Shown: positions 25,546-37,862 of the stretch, piece after piece
Layout: every line of letters begins with the position of its first letter
How positions within the stretch are numbered: the first letter of the stretch is position 1
Origin: Chiloscyllium plagiosum
Taxonomy: Eukaryota
Assembly: GCF_004010195.1 (NCBI RefSeq)
Contig: NC_057719.1
Coordinates: forward strand, 70,916,744 to 70,978,951
DNA: 62,208 bases
Direction: 5' to 3'
Made by a program: the position numbers and the translations under genes
Notes under the pieces: model-generated
Told to the model about the DNA's origin: nothing
The model's database searches: none
Seen by the model: only the letters and a program-made list of their open reading frames with translations

Positions 25546-26307
25546 AATTCTGAAGTAATCTTGAGAAGCCTAGTAGCCTAGTGACACTGCTGTTCAACTT
25601 CCTACCCAACTCATTGAACTCTCTTTCAAGGACCCCATCTCTCTGCCTATTTTCACTGGTACCAATATGGACAACTTCTCCTTGCTCACCCTCCCCTTTC
25701 AGAATACTCTGTGCCCACTCAGAGACATCCTTTACACTAGCACCAAGGAGACAAAACACCATCCTGCAGTCTTGCTTGCAGCCATAGAAATGCCTATATG
25801 TGCCCCAGACTGTCGAGTCCCTCATCACTGCTGCTCACCTCTACTTCAACACTCCCTGCTGTAGAACAGTCCAGCTGCAGGTCTGGGTGCCAATGTGATA
25901 TATCACGAACAACAGCAGAACACACTTCCAGCATACATGGTCACCGTGGACACTGAAGGTGTCCCTGATTTCCTACATATTCAGAGTGGAGCATTCCATG
26001 GGGCTGAGTTCTCTGGTCACTTTGATCCTTATCGACAAAATTAACCTTATCAACTGCAGACAATAATCCAGGAACTAATTCCACAAATATACCCAAGTGT
26101 CACCAAACTCAGCTTTCTCACACCCGCTCCCTACTCAAGCAGACGACAACCACAAACAGTAAGCACTTTCTCTGTCCGCAGACACCACTCCACTCAGTCT
26201 GCAAACCTGCTTCCTGAGCAGTCATGCCTAGGTCACTCCTCGGGTTGTGAAAACACCCCCAAAATTCCATCCTGAGATTTACCCAGAGGGTTTGCCTCCA
26301 GATTTAC

Positions 26308-26997
26308 CCTGCTCCTCAGGTATTTATCCTACTGTTCAGCCCCAGGTTCACTATGACTGACCCCGCTCCTCAGGTATTTATCCTACTGTTCAGCCCCAGG
26401 TTCACTCTGACTGACCCCACTCCTCAGGTATTTATCCTAGTGTTCACCCCCGGGTACACTCTGACTGACCCCGCTCCTCAGGTATTTATCCTAGTGTTCA
26501 CCCCAGGTTCACTCTGACTGACCCCGCTCCTCAGGTAATTATCCTAGTGTTCACCCCCAGGTTCACTCTGACTGACCCCGCTCCTCAGGTATTTATCCTA
26601 GTGTTCAGCCCCAGGTTCACTATGACTGACCCCGCTCCTCAGGTATTTATCCTAGTGTTCACCCCCAGGTTCACTCTGACGGACCCCGCTCCTCAGGTAT
26701 TTATCCTAGTGTTCACCCCCAGGTTCACTCTGACTGACCCCGCTCCTCAGGTATTTATCCTAGTGTTCACCCCCAGGTTCACTCTGACGGACCCCGCTCC
26801 TCAGGTATTTATCCTAGTGTTCACCCCCAGGTTCACTCTGACTGACCCCGCTCCTCAGGTATTTATCCTGCTGTACATCCCCAGGTTCACTCTGACTGAC
26901 CCCACTCCTCAGGTATTTATCCTGCTGTACACCCCCAGGTTCACTCTGACTGACCCCACTCCTCAGGTATTTATCCTGCTGTACACCCCCAGGTTCG
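26308..26997. repeat. 54-bp minisatellite, about 13 copies
   Basis: Unit TGACTGACCCCGCTCCTCAGGTATTTATCCTAGTGTTCACCCCCAGGTTCACTC; CTCAGGTA recurs 13 times from ~26315 to ~26962 (one 53-bp unit). Confidence 0.97.
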
Positions 26998-27399
26998 CTG
27001 CGTTGGTAATGCTGATCTGAGCAGAATCTTTATCGTGATAGAATTGCACAGACACTGCACCTTAACTTAATAAATGGCAGTATGATGGTATGTTATGAAA
27101 GTAATTGAATTCACATTTTCACTATTATATGTGTAGAATCATTGGACTGAATTTGAAAGACAGGCCCAGAGTCTTGTTTCTGGAATTGGGAGCAATTGGC
27201 GTGTGGACAGCCATCAGGCTGACATTTTGAAATCCATTGCTGCTGGCCCATTTTCCATCCGGGGGTGAAGGAGATGGCTCACCAGCTAGTGGGGAAGGGA
27301 GGCTGAGATGGACGTCAGGGCTCACTTGTCACTTTGCTCTGTCACTTTGATCCATCCTCAGAGGCAGCATACCCTGGAGGACAAGACAATACATGAAGG

Positions 27400-27584
27400 A
27401 AGATTCAGGTTGGCCCTTGTGGTTTGCTGATACTTCACTACAGGTTCTCTTCCACAGGTGAGCCCTCAGCCAGATGGATAAAGAAGAGAACAGGAGGTCA
27501 ATGGCTTGCCATTGGAGATCATCCTCCAAATTGACTGCATCTCGCAAGAGGACTAATGACCTGATGCATTCTATCAAGGTGAGT
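27400..27584 (+). mobile_element. PIF/Harbinger Myb/SANT-like ORF remnant
   Basis: PLWFADTSLQVLF ... RKRTNDLMHSIK followed by donor GTGAGT, resembling APRFSD.SLEVLL...QCRKR.NDL. Confidence 0.5.
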
Positions 27585-29889
27585 TCATCACATATTGCTG
27601 ACCCTCAGCCTTGGTGTGAGATTGGTAGCAAGGCCACACTCACTTAATCACTAGTATTGGGGCCAGACAGCAGCATTTCCTATCAAAGGCAGGTGGTGGT
27701 TATGTGTGGTATTTGGTGCCTGATTTAAAGACAATGCCCTCTGACTCTATGGTAAATCAGGATGCACGAGCATTTTTTGTAAGGGAAAAGGAGTGGCTCC
27801 CTGCGGCACTTGAGGCTCCTCTCAATGTGATTTTAAAGTAGATAATGGCTCCTCTGCCCCTCTGTTAGACATACTAGTATGTGACATAGGCTTAATTGAG
27901 AGAGGAACCTTTTACACTTGTAGAGGGGGATCTGGATATGCCCAGACCCTCCAGGGCTCTATCAGCTGTTATATCTATTCTGGGGGCTGGCAGAGATTAT
28001 CTACTAAAAATAGTAACAGGAATCTTGCAGACCATCTTCAAAATGAATAATGGAGGAAAAAAATACAAGTTGAATTAATTTCAAGCTTTTCTCAAGTTGA
28101 ACAGAAGTAAATCATGTTTATTAGATTAATAGAGCCATAAAACTGATAATTCTGACAGATATATTTTTATCTGCACATAATGGACTAGATAGAACCAGAA
28201 ACATCTCTTCTTATTGAAACAGGTTTTGCTGCATTCTTCAGTCCAGTTAGTCTCTGTAAGTGATTTTGTTGCTGGTTAAAACAATTACTCTACGCAACAT
28301 CAATCCATTGTTAAAAAGGAACCCACTACGTAAAAATTACAACTAAAAGAATAGTTAATAATACAATTTCATTGACAGGTGCCAAGATTCCTCATGATCT
28401 CAGTCTTGCTGTTCACAGGGATTCCTTCCTCATGTTGTCAACAATTCAGCACCCACCATCCAAATGCCCAGCACACAGTGGCAAGGCTGAGAAGCTAACC
28501 AATTCATGGTTCAGTCCAACAATTCAAGTTTCCATTGAAGGAGCAAATCTATAGATGAGAACTCACAGAGCAGCATGAACTGGGAAAAGAAACAGCACCA
28601 GTGAAAGAAAAGAATTTGAGCCACACAACACTAAAGGGGCTTAACATACACCAATTCTACTCAGCCGTGAGCCCCGAATGTGAATAAACATTCTTATCAA
28701 CTCTGCTTGGGTTGTTCCTCTGAGCTACTCCACCTCTGCTTGTAGCTGAGTGGTAGCAAGCTGAAGATGTTACTGCCCTGTCTCCTCGGATGACTTTGGT
28801 AGTCATCCTCTTACTGTTTGATACTTGGTAAGCCTCAGCAAGAAGAGGGGCACTGACACATGCTGGTTCTTTGTCATTGCAGTTTCTAACTCATGACTAA
28901 ATATTTAACAGCACTTTGTGAAAATTAAAATTGCAATAACATTCTTTTACTTCATGAATCTTTCAGATGTTTCTTCCTGGGCACATAAAATAGTTTATTT
29001 TCAAGATGCACTAATTTCCAAAGCTGATGTGCTCAACCATGAAGCAAAGTATTTAGAAATCATAACAATATGAAGTGAACCTGACTGGTTCTTGCACTAT
29101 ACTGCACAGCTTTAAACATAGTAAGTGATTGACATTTTATGGAAATATTTAATGTAACTTTTCAACTAATAGAGCCAAAAAAAAATGCACGTCTGTTAAA
29201 AAAATGAGAAGATTAGAAGCCAGGTGTAAAATTGAAGTTTAAAGTCAAAATGAACATCTTTTTGCATTGTCCACTTGTAAATATTTACTAAGGAAAGCAT
29301 ATCCTGCATAGTTGATCTGTTGCTGCCTTGAGTTTGTCCCAGAATGTTGTAGGAAGGCCTTCAGATCGTGTGCAATCAGGGGACTTTTATGCTGGCTCGT
29401 GATGAATGGGCATCCAGTTGTGTGTAAGTACTTCAAACTTTCTGGGTAAATATACTGCTGAAACTGATTGATGTAAATTGTACTGGAGAGTCTGTGATTC
29501 AAATCTGTCTGGGGAAATGCAGCAGAGTGTGATTATGTAAATTGTACTAGAGAAAATTTCAATGTGTTGGATACAGTGAGTGCTTCTTTGGTGAATGAGG
29601 CAAGAAGGAACGAATGGCATAGGTCTTGAAGAACAGTTGCCCCAGGAGCTGCTTCTTAGGCTGGCAACAGACATCTCTAATGAGGTATGTCTGGTTTTCA
29701 AAAGGAGAAGTTTGAAATTTCTAAAGCCACAGATGAATTGCTCTGACATAAATAGCACTTTGCGTTGTCGTATCATATGAATTTAATGTTTTGAAATAAG
29801 GAACAAACAATCCCAAAATTGATACCAAGTCAAGAGGGCAAATAGAAGGTAGAACTTAAAACAACCATGCTCAAAGAAAATAAATGCTG

Positions 29890-31035
29890 AGATTCCAGTG
29901 GATGACAAGTACACTAGAACTCATAGCTCGCATCCTAGAGTCTTAAAAAAGATGGATGGAGAGATAGTGGATATACTTGATGCAGTCTTCCAAAATTCCC
30001 AGATTCCCCAGGAAATGACCATTGCCAACAAGAAAGAAACTAACCATCACTCCTTTATATTCAATGACATTGCCATCATTGAATCCTCGACTATCAACAT
30101 TCTTAGGGTTAGCATTGACCAGAAACTGAACTGGTGTAGCTATATAAGTACTGTGATACAATAGCAAGTCAGAGGCGAGAAATCCTGTAACAAGTAACTC
30201 ACATCCTCCTCCCTAAAGCTTGTCTATTACAAGGCATAAGTCATGAGTGCAATTGAATATGCCACACTTGCCTGGATGAATGCTGCTTCAATAATACTTA
30301 AGAAGCTTAACATCATCCAGGAAAAAGCAGGCCACTTGATTGATACCACATGTACAAACATTCACTTCCTCCATAGCAACACTCAGAAACAGTTGTTTGT
30401 ACCAGCTGCAAGATACACTGCAGAAACTCACCAAATACCTTTAGAAAGCACCTTCCAAAACCATGACCACTTCCACCTAGAAGGACAAGGGCAGCAGATA
30501 CATGGGAACACCATCACCTGCAAATTGCCATCTGAACCATCCATCATCCTGACTTGGAAATATATCACCAGTGTTGCTGGGTCAGAATCCTGGAACTACT
30601 TACAGCATTGTGGGTGTACCTACACCAAAAGGACTGCAGTGGTTCAAGAAAGCAGCTCACCACCACCTTCTCAAGGGTAACCAGAGATAGGCAATAAATG
30701 ATGGCTAAGCCAGTGATGCCCGCATCCCTTGAATTAATAATAAAAACATATTTGTATAAGGTCCCTAAATATTGGAAAATGACAATGCAACACCAGTGTT
30801 TGATAAAGGAGGGAGACAAATGGGAGGAAACCACAAGCCAGTCAGGCTAATATCTATCATTGGAAAATGTCAAAACCAGTATCTAGAAAGTAGTGCAGAA
30901 TATTTAGGATGTCTTAAGTCAATGAGGCAAAGTCATCAAAATTATGGTTTTGTGAAAGGGAAATCATGTTGGGCAAATTTATTAGATTTCTTTGAGGATT
31001 TGTCAAGCAAAATGAACAGAGGAGTGCCTGTAGCA
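29890..31035 (+). mobile_element. old CR1 RT fragment interrupted by a family X LINE
   Basis: HPRVLKKMDGEIVDIL..VFQNS before the insert; NATPVFDKGGRQ..GNHKPVRLIS..YGFVKGKSCWANLLDFFED after it. Confidence 0.8.
30010..30748 (+). mobile_element. LINE family X 3' portion
   Basis: FNDIAIIESSTINILRVSIDQKLNW, EYATLAWMNAASIILKKLNIIQEKAGHLI, A-rich tail at 30735-30748. Confidence 0.88.
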
Positions 31036-31833
31036 CAATAGTATTCCTGCTCCCAACAACCTTTCCACTACAGCCCACACTTTTGGCCTATGTTGACATG
31101 GTGCATTGAAGGTCACCTGCAGTGTTGTGTGTCGGCTTGGCTAGTGAAATTCAGCAGCAGCTTCCCAGCAGCCAGGTAGGCAACCTGGATCAGATGAAGA
31201 CACTTTTACAAGAATGACGAGTTCAGTTTTGCATGGATTAGTGGAGGTTTTGTTCGATAAAGTCATTATGAAAAGGTGGCTTGATGGTGGTTTCTATTTG
31301 AGAATTTTAGTCAAAAAAAGCACCATATCATTAAAGAGCAGCTGGATTAAAAGGTGGTGAACTAAGGAATGATGTTGATGAGCCATTGATGGACAGTCTG
31401 TCAAGACAGATTGTGACCTCTTTGTTTCGTTCAACAAAATATGACTTCAGCAAGCAGAGAGACTCACCCATTGACTCCCATTGATGCAATTTGTTCTGCA
31501 GCTTCTTGATTCCGTACTCGGTGAAATGCTGTCTAGAACTCAAGGGCAGTCACTCTGACCATTGGAATTCAGCTCCTTTGATGGTGCATCAAGCTACTAG
31601 GCAGTAGGGAGGTCAGGACTAGAGTATTGTGGAGGGTCACGATAGACATAGGTGGTAATCAGCGGGAGGTTTCTTTGCCCATGTTTAACCTGATGCTATG
31701 AGACATCACATGGTCCAGAGTCGATGTTGAGGACTCCTGTGGCAATTTTATGCTGAATTCCCACCATTGTCCTGCTGGCAGTGTGTGCTGAAACCTGGCA
31801 ATCGTGGAATTTCACACACAGCGAATCCAGAAA

Positions 31834-32027
31834 TGTGCTGGAAAAGCACAGCAGGTCAGGCAGCTTTCGAGGAGCAGGAAAGTTGACATTTCAGGCAAAA
31901 GCCCTTCATCAGGGGTGGCCGAAAGGTCAATTTTCTGGATCCTCAGATGCTGCCTGACCTGCTGTGCTTTTCCAGCACCACACGTTTTGACTCTGATCTC
32001 CAGCATCTGTAGTCTTTGTTTGTACCT
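31834..32027. mobile_element. short Penelope-like element (family B), fold-back
   Basis: 10-bp TSD AATCCAGAAA (31824-31833, 32028-32037); perfect 30-bp inverted repeat 31835-31864 vs 31949-31978; decayed hammerhead CTGATGAAGGGCTTTTGCCTGAAATGTC on the minus strand at 31885-31912. Confidence 0.78.
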
Positions 32028-32920
32028 AATCCAGAAACATTACATCTTTACATAGAATTGCAATGACCTCATATACAAAGGCATTGCACTTGTGCAGAAA
32101 ATGAACACAATATATTGAACTGAAGTTCACTATGGCAGGATGGGGATGGAGATGGGGATGTGACAGGGCAGTGAGGAGGGAAGCAGTGACAACTGGTGGG
32201 AGTGAAGACAGGGGGTCAATGAAGGCAAGGGGAGTGTGTGAATGGGAAATAGGCCTCTCTGCCCTATCTCCCACCTCTTCATACCACCCCCTCCCCAATT
32301 CACAAATTTAAGTATGAACCTGTTTCAATGTGCATGTATTGAATTTGAGCAGTCAATGGTGTATGTGTCTGATTTCTATCCTGCCATTTCTGCTGGATCC
32401 GTTCTGACTGTGGGTCAGGACATATCTAGACATATCTAGAGATCGTGACAGTGACCATGACAGTGTCCAGGACATTTTCTGCAATAATATGATTCTGTGA
32501 GCGTGACAGTGTAAGTTTGTTGCTGATGGTTAAGTGACTCAGCTCTCCCAATTCTAACACAAGTTCCCATATATTGGAGGAATTTGCAAAATCTACAGAG
32601 CTGTGTTTGCCATTGTCATTTCAGTGCTTAGGTCAATAACAGGTTATCATCAGTTTCATTCTCTTCTTTCAACTCTGTAGCAATTTGATAGAACTGAGAG
32701 GCTTACTAAGCCATTTTCAGAGGGTGTTTAAGAATCATTCATCATCCACATTGCTGTGGATCTGAAGTGACATGCAGGTTAGACCAAGTAAGGATGGCAG
32801 ATTTCCTTCCCAAAAAGATTTTAATGAACCAAATGGGTTATTACAAAAATTGACAATGGTTACATGGTTAGACTAGCTTTAATTATAACTTTATTACTAA
32901 CTTTGAATTTAATGAGTTAC

Positions 32921-33270
32921 CATAGAATCATAGAGCTGTACAGCACAGAAACAGACGGTTTGGTCCAACTCGTCTATGCCGACCAGATATCCTAAACTGA
33001 TCTAGTCCTGTTTGCCAGCTTTTGGCCCATATCACTCTAAACCTTTCCAATTCATTTACCCATCCAGATGTGTTTTAAATATCGAAATTGTACCAAACTC
33101 TACTACTTCCTCCGGCAGCTCATTCTATACATGCACCACCCTCTGCATGAGAATTTGCCCCTCAGGTCCTTTTTAAATCTTTCTCCTCTCAGCGTAAGCT
33201 TTGCTCTCTAGTTTTAGACTTACCTAGCATGTGAAACAAACTTGGCTATTCACCCTATCCATGTTCTTCA
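32921..33270 (-). mobile_element. CR1/HER1 3' end inserted in the family X head
   Basis: Reverse complement of the same tail seen at 1490-1630 and 42455-42674. Confidence 0.88.
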
Positions 33271-33369
33271 TGATGCTGGGTTTGAATCGATGTTCCCAGA
33301 ACATTTGTCTGAGGTTCAGGATACCAGTCCAGTGACATTATCACAACAGAACTACCTGAACTCCACCTC

Positions 33370-35036
33370 AGTTTCATGGGGAAGTAACTGGTCAAATTGG
33401 AATTGTCCTACTTTTTGTGAACAGGACATACCTGGGAAGATTTCCATGTTGCTGGGTGGATGCCAGTGTTACAATGGTAATGGAACAGCTTTACTAAGGG
33501 TGTGGTTAATTCTGAAGAACAGGTCCTTAGTATTTTTGCCAGAATGATACAAAATATTCTGTATGTTGGCAATCTGAAACAAATATAGAGAATGTAGGAG
33601 AAACTCAGCAAGTCTGACAGCATGAGTAGAGAGAGAAACGGAGATAGCATTTAGAGTTCAGTAAGACCAATCTTCAGAACCTGACAACATTATATTCTTT
33701 ACAGTATCTAACATCTTCAACCATTTCTTGAAGATAGCGTAAGTGATTCTTGAGACCTCAGGAGGAGGCTAAAACTGAGCACTCCCATTCAGTACTTCCA
33801 ACTGAATATAGTTAATTTGCTTCAGACTTATATTCTGCACTGATGTACTATGTTCATTATTGACGTATTTATGAAGCTTCATCCTATGGTTATTATTTAA
33901 TTGTCCTTTCCCGTTCATGAACTGGACTTTGCAGGACTGCAGAGGTTAGCTCTTACCCATTGGTTGTGGGATCATTTACCTTGCATGCTGCTTTCAATTA
34001 CTTGGCATGCTATGACTTGTTTCAATGAAGAGTACAAGAGGGCATGCCAAGAACAGCACCAGGAATCTTCTAAAGTGAAGACTGTTTCTGGCATGCCTTC
34101 CTGCACTCTTCACTGAATCAAGTTTGATATTTTGGCTTGATGATAATGGTAGGGTAGGGAAAATGCTGGGCCATGGGTGACGTGAAGTTGGAACTTTGTC
34201 CAGTAAGGACTGCCTTCGATGGATACAAATGCAATGGGTAGATTAGTCAAAACTATGTCAAGTAGGTTTATCCCTCTTGTTGGTTCCCACCACCTGTTTT
34301 GTTTTTTATTCTCAACAGTACTTGCAACTGGAATTCAACATTGATGACACGATTCATCACTTCATGGGGTAACCAATATTTGACCTTCTACCATGCAGTC
34401 TGGAGTCAATGTTGAAACTCTCAGGAAAACCCCTTCCCAACTATGTAATACTGTGCTGTCACCCCTGCTAGGTGTGCTCAACTGGTAGGATAGGACATAG
34501 AAATGGCTGATGATGGTGTTGGTGATTCTGGGACATTATCTGTAAGATACAACTCTCACAGTATGACTATTTGGCTGCTGATTCACCAGACTGTGGGCAA
34601 GCACTCTATACATTTTGGTACAAGATCCCCAGTAATGAAAAATGTGCAGAGTTATCAGGGCACAGTGTGTCATTGTTGCTGCCAATTCTGAGGTTGGTGG
34701 CAGTAGTCTGTCCAATTTCATTCAGCAGTTTTCTTCCAGCAGTTTTCATTTGACTGAATGACTTACTAGGCAATTTTAGAGAGAGTTAAGTTGGCGAGAC
34801 CATACTGGGTAGGAAGGGCAAATTTGCTCTCTTAGTGGATATTAATGAAATGGTGGGTTATTTCTGACAAAGACGGTAGCTGCTGTTACTGAGAGCTGAT
34901 TTTTAATCCTACTTTTTAAAAGTGAATTTAGATTTCACCAACTCGGTGTGTTTCAATTTCAACCCATGTCCACAGCACATTACCCTGGGCTTTTTGATTA
35001 TTAGTGCAGTGACAATTCCATTGTGCACCACTTCCT
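33370..35036 (-). mobile_element. LINE family X 5' half (tRNA-like head, APE, start of RT)
   Basis: Head 34900-35036; IVIL.ELYLTDNVP (APE); ILRTCSSELTTPLVKLFHYHCNTGIHPATWKSSQVCPVHKK (RT N-terminus). Confidence 0.75.
33545..33683. mobile_element. decayed Penelope-like terminal repeat fragment
   Basis: GGAGAAACTCAGCAAGTCTGACAGCAT resembles the family B core; interrupts the family X RT. Confidence 0.55.
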
Positions 35037-36579
35037 GTATGTTGTCCTTGTATGCTTTAGTAGTCAATAGGGGGGTTATGGACTAAGCATAAAAAGGGAA
35101 TCACATGTTTCCAAGTGGACAGTCTCTTGTTCTCTTTCATTGCCCAAAGATAGTGGGAACATTTGCCTGCCTCAGGATGATTCTGTTGCAGCTGCTGCCA
35201 GGATATATGCAGACATGATGATCTGTTAATGAAATGGCATGCTTTGGAGTTTCTGCATCACACCTTGTTTAAACATGGGTTTGCAAAGCCATGTAAGTGC
35301 AGTTGATAGCATTCTGTGCTATTAAGAACTGTGCACCCTTGGGAGAACCACTTTCTCATCCCTCCTGCTCCTCTCCAGTAAAAAGAGAATGATGTTTTTG
35401 CTCTTGGTGTGCATGGCTTATATCATTTCCCTGAAGCAGCTTTGGACAGTGAACTGGGGAATAGTAACCGCACTGCATTCTACTGCGCAAGAATAAAGTC
35501 AACTAAATTTGCAAAAGCAAAAGTAAGTCAAAAGCACCTTACCTACAATTTTGGATGTTTGGTCCTTTGAACAACACTCAGGGGAGGGCCCTTATGCAGT
35601 TGAGATAGAAATGTTTAGGACAAGGTGGACTTGTGCTTTGGTGGTGGTTAGTAGATGAAAAAAAAATCACAAGTAACTTGGTGGGGAACAAAAATGTTCA
35701 GTTGTGTGTGGAGCACTTCTGGATATATAAACAAAACTGGACTTGTGTGGTTGAAGCTGGCAGATCAAGCATCTGATCAGTTTCAAGATTTGTTTGGTGT
35801 TACAGTCTCTCCACTATGGAAGTTTCTGACCTGCTTATGGCACCTCCAGCATGGTGCTGATCCAGTATGCCTTCCATTTTCAACCATTTTGCCACTCATA
35901 GAGTCTCCCCAGCATAATGGAGCCAAATGTTTTGTTCATGGCATTTTTCATCTGTTGCAAAGGCAATATCTTCCTTTTAAGTGTAATCTCTCTAAAACAC
36001 TGTTTGTTTCAAATGAACTTACCAGCACATTCCCAGCCACAGAATACCTATGATTTTAATTTCGCTTTATATTTGGAGTGCTTCTAGATGTTCATGTCAT
36101 GTTCAATGTTAAGTGTGGTAACAGTAAGCTTAGTTCCACACAATATTTATCAAAGAATTTAATATGAAACTGAAATTTTCATAGGTTGTGCTAAGTATGC
36201 TTCTCACAGCACTGATTATACATTTAGAGTGTTCTTGAATGAGTGCTGTAACATATTTACAATCCTATTTGAGAAAACCAACAATAAAGAGATAAAATGG
36301 ACAATATCCAACAATCTGTAACAAAGATATTCACCTGAGGATGGTAATGGAACTAATTTAAGGTTTTATCATAGTAACAGACATTCTAATTTGCAAATTA
36401 TGAGCATAAAATAGACTAGGTACCCCAAGGATTCTTACTTGAAAACATGTAGTTCTATTTTCCGTCAACTGTAAACTTTTTATTAGAATTCTAAGGAAAA
36501 GAACCTGATGGAAATTGTTACGATATTAATTTTAGCTGTTTTTTTTGGTGAATTTTATAAAATCAAACAGCAATGTTTT

Positions 36580-37395
36580 TTGGCAGAAGAAGACCACTGG
36601 TTCATCTAGCCTTGCCTTCCAAATTGCCTATCAAACCGTAAATCATAATTCTAAGTCAACTACATCTTTTCTGAATTGAAATTCATCTATTCCTTTATAA
36701 AATTGATGCATTCTGTTCCAGCAACCTACTGGTAATCTGTTCCAGTATTCTAGCACCCTTTTACAAAGGTTTTTTAAAATTCTTTGACTTACAAAAATAT
36801 CCCTTAAGCCATAAGTACTGTGTCTGAAAGAAGAACACTTCAGTATCATAATTGTCCATAGATGATAAATGTAAAAACTTCTATTGATCTCTTTGTGCTC
36901 ATCACTTCCCTTTCAGTTGAGGAATCAGCTGAGTAGCCTTTCTATGGATTCCCTCCAATAAGTCCATGTCCTTCCACTCATATGATAATCAAAATTGAAT
37001 GCAACGTAGTAATGGCAAGTCCTGGTTCAGACTTTATTCATTGAGACAAGAAGGTGAGACTTACAGTATACAATAAAATAAACACTACAGGCTATGCATT
37101 GTTAATATAAAAGATGATTTATCCCACAAAAACTCTGCATGATAATTGGGAGAGAACTTGGTTCTATTAAATTTCATTACAACATAGATCTGACAGGATG
37201 GAGGTTTGTCAGTCAAAGGGTCCATAGAGACAAAATTGATTGATATTTTCAATAAATTTCTGGCTTCTTCCAATTAATATTCAACTGTAAGCAGGATGTT
37301 GACTAAAATCAAATTTATGTGATTGTTAGCTAGGGTCATTTAAATGGCCCTTCCCTGTTTTCAAAAGATGGAACTGCCAATCTTTGGAATGTGTT
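36580..37395 (-). mobile_element. very old CR1 remnant
   Basis: RVLEYWNRLP, MKFNRTK and IPKDW-like peptide traces in CR1 order. Confidence 0.55.
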
Positions 37396-37654
37396 TAAGG
37401 AACCAATAATTAAAATAATTTATTATGTCCTTATTATCATTTATTTAACATGGCAAAACACTTAACTAGTGCTTTAGATTACAATAACTGCATCATACAA
37501 TTGAAAAATAACTAATTGACATTGTGGTACAAAATGTTTCTTAACATGCAGAATTATCAGTATCTGTCTAAATTCTAAAGAATTTCCAATATAAGTACTT
37601 TGGAATGAATTTAACAAAATGAAAGTTACATGGTTTTGTTTTTCTTAAATTTTT

Positions 37655-37862
37655 TATGAAGAGAGTTGTGGAGGCTAGATCACTGAAAATACTGAAAGAA
37701 GAGGTATCTCAACTTTTGGAATGTCATGGAGTTGATGGCTATGAGGAGTTGCCTTGAATGAGGAATTGAAGCCTGGGACAGACAGCTATAATCTTACAGA
37801 ATGGTGGGGCAGGCTTCTGGGGCTGAGTTGCCCACTGCTGCTTCTATTCATTTGATGTTATG
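37655..37862 (+). mobile_element. CR1 3' end
   Basis: GTTGTGGAGGCTAGATCACTGAAAATA...GAATGGTGGGGCAGGCTTCTGGGGCTGAGTTGCCCACTGCTGCTTCTAT. Confidence 0.75.

Larger units (their letters stand above)
22017..26300 (-). mobile_element. near full-length decayed CR1 LINE (ORF1 zinc-finger/esterase, ORF2 APE-RT, 3' tail) with internal inversion
   Basis: ORF1 EIRDTFSVHGDHVCWKC and DSTVWGTYRHFYG..DCRMVFCLLGASVKDVSE; ORF2 LDKSSGSDGVYPRML, GNYRAVSLTSV, WQMEFNLNKCEVL; tail at 22017-22060. Confidence 0.88.
31330..33364 (-). mobile_element. fragmented LINE family X copy including the tRNA-like 5' head
   Basis: Head 33270-33364 plus 32700-32920, APE pieces at 32460-32570 and 31640-31770 (GVLNIDSGP), RT piece at 31330-31560; interrupted by other inserts. 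Confidence 0.7.

Noticed and set aside
26547..27020. 157-aa ORF with an 18-aa repeat, or a CRISPR-like array
   Set aside because: Translation of a 54-bp tandem repeat; no unique spacers, no cas genes, vertebrate context.
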